Shown here piece by piece: positions 10,292-20,819 of a DNA stretch of 64,000 nt (positions within the stretch are counted from its first letter, which is position 1; the number at the start of each line of letters is the position of its first letter). The notes under the pieces are model-generated. The model searched no databases and was not told the origin of the DNA. It saw only the letters and a program-made list of their open reading frames with translations. This DNA is from an uncultured delta proteobacterium (GTDB lineage Bacteria > Desulfobacterota > Desulfobacteria > Desulfobacterales > Desulfatirhabdiaceae), in contig CAWBKP010000022.1 in NCBI GenBank assembly GCA_963789395.1, positions 96,001 through 160,000 on the forward strand, given 5' to 3'. Made by a program: the position numbers and the translations under genes.

Positions 10292-11264
10292 AACAGCAGG
10301 TTACGGTGATTGTGGTCAACTGGAACGGCAAGGCATGTCTCATGCAATGCCTGGATGCGCTTCGTCAGCAGTCATTTCAGGATCTGGTTACCATTGTTGT
10401 GGACAATGGATCTGTTGATGGATCAATGGAGGCTGTCAAACGCCAATTTCCTGAAGTTTCCCGCATCGCACTGACAGAAAACCTCGGATTTTCGGCAGCC
10501 AATAACATCGCGATTCGAAGCGTTCAGACAGACTATGTCGCCTTGCTGAATAATGACGCCATTGCTCATTCCTTGTGGCTGGAAACCCTGATTGACGCTT
10601 TGCGCAGAAATCCGGAGGCCGGATTTGCTGCATCGAAAATGCTGTATCAGAATATGCCCCATATCATCGATCGTGCCGGAGACGGCTATACTACCGCCGG
10701 TGCCGGCAGTTTGCGGGGGCGCGGCCAGCCCGCCGATACGTTCTGCCGGGAAGAATGGATTTTCGGTGCCTGTGCCGGTGCGGCTTTATACGAATGGCCA
10801 TGCTTCAGGAAATCGGGCTGTTTGATGAGGATTTTTTTCTGCTTTATGAAGATGTGGATTTGAGCTTCAGGGCACAGCTCAGAGGGTATAAATGCCGTTA
10901 TGTTCCGGATGCGCTTGTGTATCATCAGGCAAGCCGGACCATTGGATATGATTCGATGACTTCCGTATATTATGGACACCGGAATCTGGAATGGGTGTAT
11001 CTTCAGAACATGCCCGGCTCACTGTTGGCCCGAACCGCGATGCGTCATCTGATGTACACAATTGCCGCATTTGGCTATTTTGCCGCAAAAGGTCTTTTAC
11101 CGGCCTATATCCGGGCGAAAAGGGACAGCTTTAAATCATGGAAGACTGTTTTGGATAAACGCAAGAAAAATCAGGCTCAGCGCAGGGTTAAAGATGCGTA
11201 TATCTGGAGCCTGCTTGAGGCGGAACGGAGTTTTTCCCGTTTATCCCATCGGCTGAAAAAATAA
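10288..11264 (+). CDS. GT2 glycosyltransferase (one frameshift near 10790)
   Basis: ATGA overlap with the previous gene; VVNWNG/VDNGS/LLNND in one frame, GLFDEDFFLLYEDVD in the next. Paralogue of the upstream gene. Confidence 0.85.
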
Positions 11265-11282
11265 GACGCAAAAGGGAAACCT

Positions 11283-12236
11283 GTGATTGATATTGTTATC
11301 GTAAACTACAATAGTACGGATTATATCCTGAAATGTCTGCAATCCGTTTATGCGGATCTGGATGGATTTCCCGCGACTGTCTGGATCGAGGATAATAACT
11401 CTGCCGACGGGGTAAATCGAATCAGCGATCAGTTTCCGGATGTGGTTCTTTCCCGCAATAAAATAAATCTGGGCTTTGGGGCGGCGGTGAATCGGGCGCT
11501 GGAAAAAGGTATCGCTCCTTATGTGGTTTTGTTGAATCCGGATTCCAGGATACTGGAAGGGTTTTTTTCAAAAATCCTTTCTTTTATGGAACAAAATCCT
11601 CAGATCGCCATTGCTGGGCCGAGGATACTGGACGAGGATGGTGCCATCCAGGGGTCCGCAAGGGCTTTCCCGACGCCGCTGACAGCCTTATTCGGTCGAT
11701 CATCGCTGTTTACCCGGCTTTTCCCCAATAACCCGATCTCCGGCTCCAATATATTGACAAATCGTTCCGATGGCATTCATCCCCTGGAAGTGGACTGGGT
11801 ATCGGGCGCCTGTATGGTGATTCGCAGAAAAGCAATCAATAGGGTTGGTTGCTTTGATGAACGTTTTTTTATGTATTGGGAAGATGCGGATTGGTGCAAA
11901 AGAATGTGGGATGGCGGCTGGAAAGTGGTGTATTATCCGTTGGCCGGTATCGTGCATCATGTTGGCGTCAGCAGCAGTCAGCTTCTTTTGAAATCCAGAT
12001 TTGCGTTTCATAAAAGCGTCTATCTATTGTTTGAAAAATACAGTCCCCAAACCCCCTGGTTAATCAAAATCATGGTGATGGCCGGTCTGGCTGCACGGTT
12101 TTGCATGCTTGCTGTGGTTAACGGTATTACCCGCTGCTCCAAAACGCAAATCGCTTGCGGTCCCGCCACTTCACAAGCAATGCCTGCGCCGGAAAAAACA
12201 AAACGTTGCACTGATCGCCGGACTCAATGTTGGTAG
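11283..12236 (+). CDS. GT2 glycosyltransferase (WbbL/rhamnosyltransferase-like)
   Basis: VIVNYN, NLGFGAAVN, LLNPD, VDWVSGACM, FDERFFMYWEDAD. Confidence 0.85.
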   Translation: MIDIVIVNYNSTDYILKCLQSVYADLDGFPATVWIEDNNSADGVNRISDQFPDVVLSRNKINLGFGAAVNRALEKGIAPYVVLLNPDSRILEGFFSKILSFMEQNPQIAIAGPRILDEDGAIQGSARAFPTPLTALFGRSSLFTRLFPNNPISGSNILTNRSDGIHPLEVDWVSGACMVIRRKAINRVGCFDERFFMYWEDADWCKRMWDGGWKVVYYPLAGIVHHVGVSSSQLLLKSRFAFHKSVYLLFEKYSPQTPWLIKIMVMAGLAARFCMLAVVNGITRCSKTQIACGPATSQAMPAPEKTKRCTDRRTQCW

Positions 12237-12300
12237 GCCAGCTATTCAAGACCATTTGCCGACAACGGGACTGAATCCGGATCGTTTTGAAACGTGTTTT
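12197..12300 (+). pseudogene. Degenerate N-terminal remnant of a GT4 domain
   Basis: An alternative frame reads LIAGLNVGRPAIQDHLPTTGLNPDRFET, resembling the GT4 start IARLNVGGPAIHV..LT.GLD..RFET, and then the similarity stops. Confidence 0.5.
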
Positions 12301-12344
12301 GAAGTAATTTTGGGAACACCATCAGAAAAAAGGTTGTACAACAG

Positions 12345-13249
12345 ATGAACATGCTGATTCTTGGCGGAAATGGTTTTATCGGTTCCCATCTTGTTGACAG
12401 GCTCCTTGCAGAAGGCCACAAGGTAAGGGTCTTTGACAAATATGAGGAACATTATCGAAAGCCAGTGGCCGGTGTAGATTACTGTGTCGGCGATTTCGGG
12501 AATCGGGGGCTGCTGTCGGAGGCTCTGGCCGGCATCGATATGGTGTTTCATCTGATCAGTACAACGCTTCCCAAGACATCGAACGATGATCCCGTGTTTG
12601 ATGTTCAGTCCAATATCGTTGAGTCGATATTCCTGCTGGAACAATGTGTCGCCAAAAAAATCCGGAAAGTGATTTTCATTTCTTCCGGCGGGGCAATATA
12701 CGGAAATCCGCTATCCTTGCCCATTTCCGAGAACAGTCCGACCGAACCGGAATGCTCCTATGGTATTACAAAACTTGCCGTTGAAAAATATCTGGCCCTG
12801 TTTAATCATCTTCACGGACTGGACTATGTCGTCTTGCGGCCTTCCAACCCTTACGGCAGCCGCCAGAACCCGGATGGTATTCAGGGGCCATTTCTGTTTT
12901 TCTCGGCAGGATCGCGCAGGGAAAGACACTTGAAATATGGGGAGACGGCCGGGTCGTGCGGGATTATATTTTCATTGACGATCTTATAGACGGGATTTAC
13001 AAGGCGGCTTCCGTTAATGCGCTTTCAAGGGTTTATAATCTTGGCAGTGGAATCGGCCATTCACTGAATGAAATCCTTGACGTGATTCGGAAAGTGACGG
13101 GCAGGGAAATCGATGTTGCGTACAAACCAAAGCGATCTTTTGATATCCCAAGCATTTATCTGGATATTTGCAGAGCAAGACAGGAACTTTCCTGGATGCC
13201 GTCGGTTTCCCTTGAAACGGGAATAGAAAAGACCTGGGCGCTTTATTGA
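12345..13249 (+). CDS. NAD-dependent nucleotide-sugar epimerase/dehydratase (frameshift near 12890)
   Basis: GGNGFIG Rossmann motif, SSGG, YGITK; continues WGDGRVVRDYIFIDD in the shifted frame. Confidence 0.9.
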
Positions 13250-13296
13250 GAAATTATATCAATGAGGTTTCGGATATATGCTGATCTGACAGGGAG

Positions 13297-14593
13297 CTGA
13301 AAATCGAAAGTGTTATTTCCAAAACCCGTTTTACCCGGAACATCCTGCTTAATCTTTCCGGTCAGGTGTTTCCGTTGCTGGTTGCTTTTTTTTCGATTCC
13401 AAGACTCATTGCCGGATTGGGAACAGAACGCTTTGGTGTGCTGTCATTGGCATGGATGGTCATTGGATACTTCAGCCTGTTCGATCTGGGACTGGGGCGG
13501 GCTTTAACGAGACTGGTGGCGGAAAAACTGGGAGCGGGCAAGCATGCCGAGATTCCGACGCTGATATGGACGGGCCTGATTTCCATGATCGGGATGGGTC
13601 TTGCGGGAATGCTTCTGGGGATTCCGTTTGTGCCATGGGTGGTTCATAGCGGGCTTCAAATTCCGCCAGCCATGCAACCCGAAACCTTGAATGCCTTCTA
13701 TGTGCTTCTTGCGTCCATTCCGCTGGTCATTGCTTCAACCGGGCTGTTCGGAATTTTAGAGGCATACCATCGTTTTGATCTGACCAGCGCCGTGCGGTCT
13801 TCTCTGGGGATTTATACATTCGCTGCGCCGCTGGTCGGTCTGTTTTTTACAAGGGATCTTTCCTGTGTCATCGGTATTCTGATGGCAGGAAGAATGGTTG
13901 CCGGAGCCGTTCTGCTTCTTTTCTGTATTCACCTTGTACCCCAGTTGAAGACCGGAGTCGGGTTTCGAAAGGATATATTTATGTCACTCATGCGATTTGG
14001 TTCCTGGATGACCATCTCCAACATGATCGGACCGATGATGATATTACCTCGACCGGTTTTGGATCAGTGCCGCAATTTCAGTGGCGGCTGTTGCCTATTA
14101 CACCACGCCGTTTGAAGTGGTGACGCGATTGTTGATCATTCCGGGTGCCATTGCCGGCGTTTTGTATCCGGCGTTTTCCATGAATTTGACGCAGGATCGG
14201 GATCACGCCAGGGCCCTTTTCGTCAAAGGCATTCGATACGTTATTGCAGCTGTTTTTCCCATTGTAACGTTGATTGTCCTCTTTGCCGGCAAAGGACTTA
14301 GATGGTGGCTGAATGCAGAGTTTGCACAAAACAGCACGCATGTCTTGCAGTGGCTTGCAGTCGGGGTGTTGTTCAACAGCCTTGCACAGATTCCCTTTGT
14401 GCTGCTGCATGGGGCCGGACGGCCGGATATTTCGGCAAAGATCCACCTGATCGAGCTGCCCTGTTATCTGCTGGCGCTGTGGCTTCTCGTCTCCAAGATG
14501 GGGATAAATGGGGCGGCAATGGCCTGGTGTGCCAGATCCATGCTGGATGCCGGACTGCTGTTTGGTATGGCGTACCGATTATGTTTGGAGTGA
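13297..14593 (+). CDS. wzx: Wzx-type polysaccharide flippase (frameshift near 14045)
   Basis: RNILLNLSGQVFPLLVA, LGTERFGVLSL, FDLGLGRA, AVAYYTTP; many transmembrane segments. Start uncertain (possible CTG at 13297). Confidence 0.8.
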
Positions 14594-14599
14594 TGCCCG

Positions 14600-15625
14600 A
14601 TGATTGTTATGAATCTTCATTCTTGTCCGCTGTGCGGATTTCCCGGAGAATTCATTTACCAGGGATTGAATGACCGATTATTCGATTCGCCAGGCAGCTG
14701 GAATTTGCGAAAATGCAATGGGGCGGATTGCGGGGTGATCTGGATAGACCCCCACCCGACTCCTGATGACCTCAATAAGGCCTATTCAAACTATTACACC
14801 CATTGCGATTCCGAATCCAGTAAGTCCGGCTATTGGGGGCGTCTTTATCAATGGTTTCTTCAGGGATATCTGGCAAACCGGTTTGGATATGATTCAGAAA
14901 AAACAGGCGGATTCCAGAAATGGCTGTCTTCCCTGATTCGGTTTCAGCCGGGATTCCGTGAGGACTTGGATTTCAAGGTGATGTATCTTCCGTCATCATT
15001 CCGGGGCCGACTGCTGGAAGTCGGATGCGGCAGCGGGAACCTGATTGCATTCATGAGACAAAAAGGGTGGACGGTAACCGGGGTGGATACGGATCCGGTT
15101 GCGGTTCAAAAAGCCACTTCCAGGGGGCTGCCGGTATTGTGCGGAAACCTTGAAGACAGCCATTTTTCATCAAACGACATGGATGCCATTGTCCTTTGCC
15201 ACGTGATTGAACATGTTCGTGACCCGGCAGCAACGATTCAGGAATGTTATCGCATTTTAAAGCCTGGCGGCCGCATGATTCTGGCAACGCCCAATCATGA
15301 AAGCTGGGGACATTCCCGATATCGGGAAAATTGGAGAGGGCTGGAGCCGCCTCGACATTTATTTGTGTTTAACCGAACCTCCCTTCTCCGGTTGCTTCAT
15401 CAAGCCGGTTTCAGCAAAATTTACATGCGATCCAGTATTCGTAGATGCAGGCTGGATGATGATTGCCAGCCGATCCATTCAAAACAAGGGAGGCTATGCC
15501 ATGGGCTGTTAATGAACCTTTTCATGTTAGACTCTGGGCTCGGTGCCTGCAACTGCTTGAATGGGCGATCGTTCAATTCCATCCATTCACGGGGGAAGAG
15601 CTATGTGGTGATTGCTGAAAAATAG
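14600..15625 (+). CDS. Class I SAM-dependent methyltransferase with N-terminal Cys motifs
   Basis: CPLC...C; LLEVGCGSG; HVIEH; LKPGG; PPRHL. The C-terminus is probably affected by indels near 15440. Confidence 0.85.
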   Translation: MIVMNLHSCPLCGFPGEFIYQGLNDRLFDSPGSWNLRKCNGADCGVIWIDPHPTPDDLNKAYSNYYTHCDSESSKSGYWGRLYQWFLQGYLANRFGYDSEKTGGFQKWLSSLIRFQPGFREDLDFKVMYLPSSFRGRLLEVGCGSGNLIAFMRQKGWTVTGVDTDPVAVQKATSRGLPVLCGNLEDSHFSSNDMDAIVLCHVIEHVRDPAATIQECYRILKPGGRMILATPNHESWGHSRYRENWRGLEPPRHLFVFNRTSLLRLLHQAGFSKIYMRSSIRRCRLDDDCQPIHSKQGRLCHGLLMNLFMLDSGLGACNCLNGRSFNSIHSRGKSYVVIAEK

Positions 15626-15674
15626 AAAAACAGGCTGAAAGGAGTTAGCCTCTACGGGAAATGGGGCGGGAGAA

Positions 15675-16989
15675 ATGGCTGTGAAACCATATTCGAAAGC
15701 CGTATGGGGCTGGGCCATGTATGACTGGGCCAATTCGGCATTTGCCACTACCGTGATGGCCGGCTTTTTTCCGCTGTTTTTTAAACAATACTGGAGCATG
15801 GGGACGGATGTCAACACCAGCACCGCGATTCTGGGTTTTGGAAATTCCGCTGCCAGCCTGCTGGTGGCGCTTTGTGCGCCGGTATTAGGGATTTTGGCGG
15901 ATCGGGGAAGAAACCGAAAGACCTTTCTGATCTGTCTGGCCTGCTCAGGTTCATTGGCCACGGCTCTGTTATGGGCTGTTCCAAAAGGGGAATGGCTCTG
16001 GGCCATTATCTGTTACGGCATGGGGCTGATCTGTTTTGCAGGCGCCAACGTTTTTTATGATGCGTTGCTGGTTGTTGTCGCTCCGGCTCCGGATCGGGAT
16101 CGGATATCCAGCCTGGGTTATGCGATGGGATATCTGGGAGGCGGCCTGCTTTTTGTGCTCAATGTCCTCATGGTCCAGCAACCCAGGTGGTTTGGGCTGG
16201 AGAATTCGGGGCAGGCGGTCCAGTATGCGTTTCTTTCGGTTGCACTGTGGTGGGCGGGTTTTACGATATTTTTAATGCTGTGGGTCCATGAAGAAAAAAA
16301 CGTGCTGCCGCCTGCAAGTTCCTTCGATTTCCTGAAACAAGGTGTCCTGCAAATCAGAAATACGGTCCGGCGGATTTTCAGTATGAAGTCGGCCGGGCTG
16401 TTTCTATTATCTTACTGGTGCTATATGGACGGCGTGGATACCATCATCCGCATGGCTGTGGATTATGGGCTGTCCATCGGGTTTACCGGAAAAGACCTGA
16501 TGCTCGCCCTTCTGGTTGTTCAGTTCGTCGGGTTTCCTTCTGCCCTGGCATTCGGATATCTCAGCAGTCTGTGGGGGCCTCGCAACTGTATTTTCGTGGC
16601 TATTGCCGGATACGCGGCCGCCACCCTCTGGGGGGCATTCATGGCGCAGCGGATGGATTTTTACATTCTGGCTGTTGTTATCGGATTGTTTCAGGGAGGG
16701 ATTCAGGCCCTGAGCCGGTCATATTATACGCGTTTTATTCCGGCAGATCAGTCTGCCGAGTATTTCGGGCTGTTCAACATGATGGGGAAATTTTCAGCGG
16801 TCATGGGCCCGGCTTTTGTTGGAATGGTCGGTTTGTTGGTGCGCAAAATCCTGATGCCGGTAACTCCGACATCCGAACATCTGCAATCACGTCGGCCAAT
16901 TGGCCTCGCGCTGGGGAATCGGGTCGATTCTGGTTTTTTTTGTTGCCGGTGCGCTGCTTTTCTTTCTTTCCATAAAATATGACACCTGA
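15675..16989 (+). CDS. MFS transporter, UMF1/Atg22-like family
   Basis: WAMYDWANSAF signature; QALSRS; the last transmembrane helix (RWGIGSILVFFVAGALL) lies in a shifted frame ending at 16989. Confidence 0.85.
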
Positions 16990-17003
16990 GAAAATGATCG
17001 CAA

Positions 17004-17702
17004 GTGGATGCGATGACTTCAAATCAGGGGACTGACTCTGGAGATTTCATGCTGGATTCACATGACGCATCGATTAGCCGTTTCTACCAACAGGCCAATT
17101 GGCTGGCCTTGGTCACCATTTATTATAATCTGATTGAAGGCGCGATTTCAGTCTTTTTCGGCTTTCAGGATGAAACCCTGTCCCTGTTTGGTTTCGGATT
17201 GGATTCGTTTGTCGAAGTGATATCGGGAATCGGTGTCTGGCACATGATTTGCCGGCTTCGGCAATCAACCGAAGCAAATCCGGATCGTTTCGAGCAGCGG
17301 GCATTGAAAATAACGGGCTCGGCATTTTACCTTCTGACAGCGGGACTGACGGCGACAGCGATTTACAATATCTATTCAGGACATCGTCCGGAGACAACTT
17401 TCTGGGGGATCGTTATTTCTCTGATTTCAATCGGAACCATGTGGGCCCTTGTTTATTTCAAGGTGAAAGTGGGAACCGCCTTGAATTCTCAGGCCATTCT
17501 GGCAGATGCCGGATGTACCCGGACCTGCTTGATCCTGTCTGGAGTTTTGCTGGCAGCCAGCCTCATTTATGAGGTGACCGGGTTTGGGGGGGTGGATTCC
17601 CTTGGCTCAATTATTATTGCCTGGCTGTCTTTCAGGGAGGGCCGGGAAGCTTTTGAAAAGGCCAGCGGTATGTGCGGCTGTAGCTGTTGCGCTAAAGAAT
17701 AA
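17004..17702 (+). CDS. Cation-efflux-like (CDF-related) membrane protein
   Basis: YNLIEG, LFGFGLDSFVEV, ADA, EGREA; Cys-rich tail CGCSCC. Confidence 0.75.
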   Translation: MDAMTSNQGTDSGDFMLDSHDASISRFYQQANWLALVTIYYNLIEGAISVFFGFQDETLSLFGFGLDSFVEVISGIGVWHMICRLRQSTEANPDRFEQRALKITGSAFYLLTAGLTATAIYNIYSGHRPETTFWGIVISLISIGTMWALVYFKVKVGTALNSQAILADAGCTRTCLILSGVLLAASLIYEVTGFGGVDSLGSIIIAWLSFREGREAFEKASGMCGCSCCAKE

Positions 17703-17718
17703 GAAAGTTCAGACGAAT

Positions 17719-17788
17719 CGGCGGGGGAAGGGGCTGACCGAAAGCTTCCCGTGCCGCGTCAGGCAGATACCCGTTGTCTCCACCTGAC
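17719..17788. terminator. Two GC-rich hairpins between convergent genes
   Basis: CGGCGGGGGAAG/CTTCCCGTGCCG and GTCAGG/CCTGAC inverted repeats; no clear U-tract. Confidence 0.35.
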
Positions 17789-17813
17789 TTGGCAAGGTCT
17801 TTGAAAAACAGCA

Positions 17814-18542
17814 TCAGAGGCTGAATGTAACAGCATAAACTTTCCGGGTGTCGTTTTCAATGATTTGAATACGAAGACTCAAAGCTGAGGCGGCTTCCCC
17901 CGGGAAAAACAGGAATCCATGTGCAAGGGTTCCAGGTTCTATGGGGGCATTTTGAAGGGATTTATCCCGCATGTCATTGATAATGGCCCTATTGGGTTCA
18001 TTTGATGCAGCCCCCCCGACCCCGCCGATTACAGCGCCGGCTGCTGCGCCGACTGCCGCGCCCTTGCCGATGGCTTCGCCGATTCCCCCTCCGGAGACAA
18101 TGCCGATGGCTGCGCCTATAACAGCGCCGGCAGCCGCACCCAGAAATCCTTTTTGTGCGCCTTCCTTAAAGACTTCCTTGGTCTGTGCATATTTGGTGGC
18201 TCTTTCATTTGCAACCCGGGTGGTCAGAATCGGCCAGAGATTGCCGTCCAGATCTTCGAGAAAGCATTGATTGCCGATGACTTCAATTTCATGTGGCCCC
18301 TGGTTATCGAAAACGACCTGAACCGGCAGCATGCCGGCGCCTATCACATCAAAACCGAATATCTGCCTGGCTTCTTCTGGGTTGGCGTATGCCTTGGCGG
18401 CAATTTGTGCGCCGCCGACATCAACGGCGTTGCCATAGGATGAAGGCGTTCTGAAGGATAAGGGCTTGGCCACATACGCCGTGGAACAGCCCGCAATCCA
18501 CATGATGACCCATAACAACAAAAATACGGTCCATCGTTTCAT
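17814..18542 (-). CDS. Lipoprotein with glycine-zipper region
   Basis: Signal peptide with lipobox IAGC; GAAAGAVIGAAIG...GAAAGAVIGGVGG. Confidence 0.8.
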   Translation of the reverse strand: MKRWTVFLLLWVIMWIAGCSTAYVAKPLSFRTPSSYGNAVDVGGAQIAAKAYANPEEARQIFGFDVIGAGMLPVQVVFDNQGPHEIEVIGNQCFLEDLDGNLWPILTTRVANERATKYAQTKEVFKEGAQKGFLGAAAGAVIGAAIGIVSGGGIGEAIGKGAAVGAAAGAVIGGVGGAASNEPNRAIINDMRDKSLQNAPIEPGTLAHGFLFFPGEAASALSLRIQIIENDTRKVYAVTFSL

Positions 18543-18666
18543 GGTTTTCCTCTATGATGTCTGAATATCCGGTCCAAAGGCTTCCCGTCTTGCCGGACGT
18601 GATCCTGCGCCCAGACCTTGCTTTACGCTATAATCAAACTGGATTCCGGATATTGCCGGAATATTC

Positions 18667-20698
18667 TCAGATCCGGTCAAAGTGAGAAAACTGCATGGTA
18701 AAGGTTCCCCGGCCCTGAGTTGCGGAGCGTATCGCGGTTGAATAACCAAACATTTTGGCCAGGGGAACAATAGCCCGAATGGCCTGAAACCCGATTTTGG
18801 GTTCAATGGCTTCGATCTTTCCGCCGCGGCTGTTCAAGTCGCCGATTACATCGCCCGTGAATGCCTCCGGAACAAAAATCTCAACGTCCATGATCGGATC
18901 CAGCAGAAAAGGCCCTGCCTTGGACAGTGCATCCTTGCAGGCCATCGAAGCGCTGACCTTGTAAGCCAGATCTGTTCCCTGGGAATCACGGTAGGATCCG
19001 CCAGTCAGGCTGGCCTCGATATCCACTGCCGGATATCCCATGAGGGTTCCGCTTTCCAGCGATTCAATAACGCCTTTTTCAATGGCTTTCATGAACTGGG
19101 GGGGGGATACTGCCATCGGGGATATCCAGGACGAATTGGTTGCCGGTGCCCCTGGATAGAGGCTTAAGGTTTATGCGGACCTCGGCGTAATGACGCTGTC
19201 CGGCCACTTCCTTATCGAACACAGCAGTTGCATCTGATTTCTTTTCAATGGTTTCCCGGTAAACCACCTGGGGTTTTCCTACATTGACGCCCGTGTTGAA
19301 CTCTCTTGTCATTCGGCTGACGATGACTTCAAGGTGGAGTTCGCCCATGCCGGAAAGAATTTTTTGCCCGGTGTCCGGATCCTCCTTGACCCGAAGGGTA
19401 GGGTCTTCGGCCAGAAATTTTTCCAGCACCTGATCCAGCTTTTCCTGATCCGCCCTGGTTTTGGGCTCGATCGCCAGTGAGATGACCGGCTCATAAAACT
19501 CCATCTTTTCAAGAAGAATAGGATGGTCCGACTGACAAAGCGTTTCTCCGGTTGAAGAGTCTTTCAGGCCGATCACGCCGACAATGCTTCCGGCCCCGGC
19601 TTCATCAATCCGTTCCCGCTTGTTGGCATGCATCTGCAGGATTCGGGACAGTTTTTCCTTTTTGTTCCGGAAAGGATTGAACACATCGTCGCCTGCCTTG
19701 ATCTTTCCGCTGTAAATCCGGATAAAGGACAGCTTCCTGCCTTCCGCCATGGAAACCTTGAAGATCAGGGCAGCAAGCGGCGCCTTGTCTGTTGACGGGC
19801 ATTCGATACTCTCTCCCGTCTGCGGATGAACACCCTTGATCGGCGGTACATCGGCAGGACTTGGCAGAAATCGGACAATGGCGTCCAGAAGTGGCTGAAT
19901 CCCTTTGTTTTTCAGCGCGGATCCGCATAGAACCGGCACTGCTTTCAGGCTGATAGTGGCATTTCGAATGGCTTCCATCAGCATGTCGGGTTCTATCGGG
20001 ATTTCTGCAAGATACGCTTCCATGAGCTGGTCATCCACTTCGGCAAGCATTTCGATCAGTTTGTCCCGGTAAATGCGCGCAGATTCCAGTCTGTCCGCAG
20101 CAATATCCTCAAGGGTAAATGTGGCGCCCAGAGAGTCATCATCCCAGACGATCTGTTTCTGATGGACGAGATCGATCACACCGGCAAATGACTCCTCTTC
20201 CCCGACCGGCAGCTGTAGCATCAAGGGGGTGGCGTGAAGTCTTGAACGCATCATGTCAACGGTTCTGAAAAAATCAGCGCCGATGCGATCCAGTTTGTTC
20301 ACGAAAGCGATTTTGGGGACGTGGTATTTATCTGCCTGGCGCCATACGGTTTCAGACTGAGGTTCCACACCGCCGACCGCGCAGAAAACCCCGATTGCTC
20401 CATCCAGAACCCGCAGGGACCGCTCGACTTCTATGGTAAAATCCACATGTCCCGGTGTATCGATCAGTTGAATATCGCTGTCTTTCCAGTGACAGGTGGT
20501 TACCGCAGATGTGATGGTAATCCCCCGTTCCTGTTCATCGGGCATCCAGTCCATGATGGCCTCGCCGTCATGGACTTCGCCGATTTTATGGGATTTGCCG
20601 GTGTAATAGAGTATCCGTTCGGTAACGGTCGTCTTTCCAGCGTCGATATGGGCGATGATGCCGATATTGCGGATGGAATTGATTTTTTGTTTTTTCAT
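18667..20698 (-). CDS. fusA: Elongation factor G paralogue (frameshift in the G9 tract at 19098-19106)
   Basis: [46 protein letters not shown]. Confidence 0.92.
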
Positions 20699-20731
20699 CG
20701 GTTTCAACCTGTTGTCATTAATAAAGCTGGG

Positions 20732-20760
20732 ATATTATGGTAACAATCAAGCGATGTCAA
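20732..20760 (-). promoter_or_regulatory. Sigma70-type promoter of the fusA paralogue
   Basis: Minus strand TTGACA-17 bp-TAATAT, about 35 bp upstream of the ATG. Confidence 0.6.
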
Positions 20761-20819
20761 GGAAAGAGAACCAAACCGTATGAATGAAGTAGCGATGCAG
20801 TAGCAGGTAGATGGCGGGG

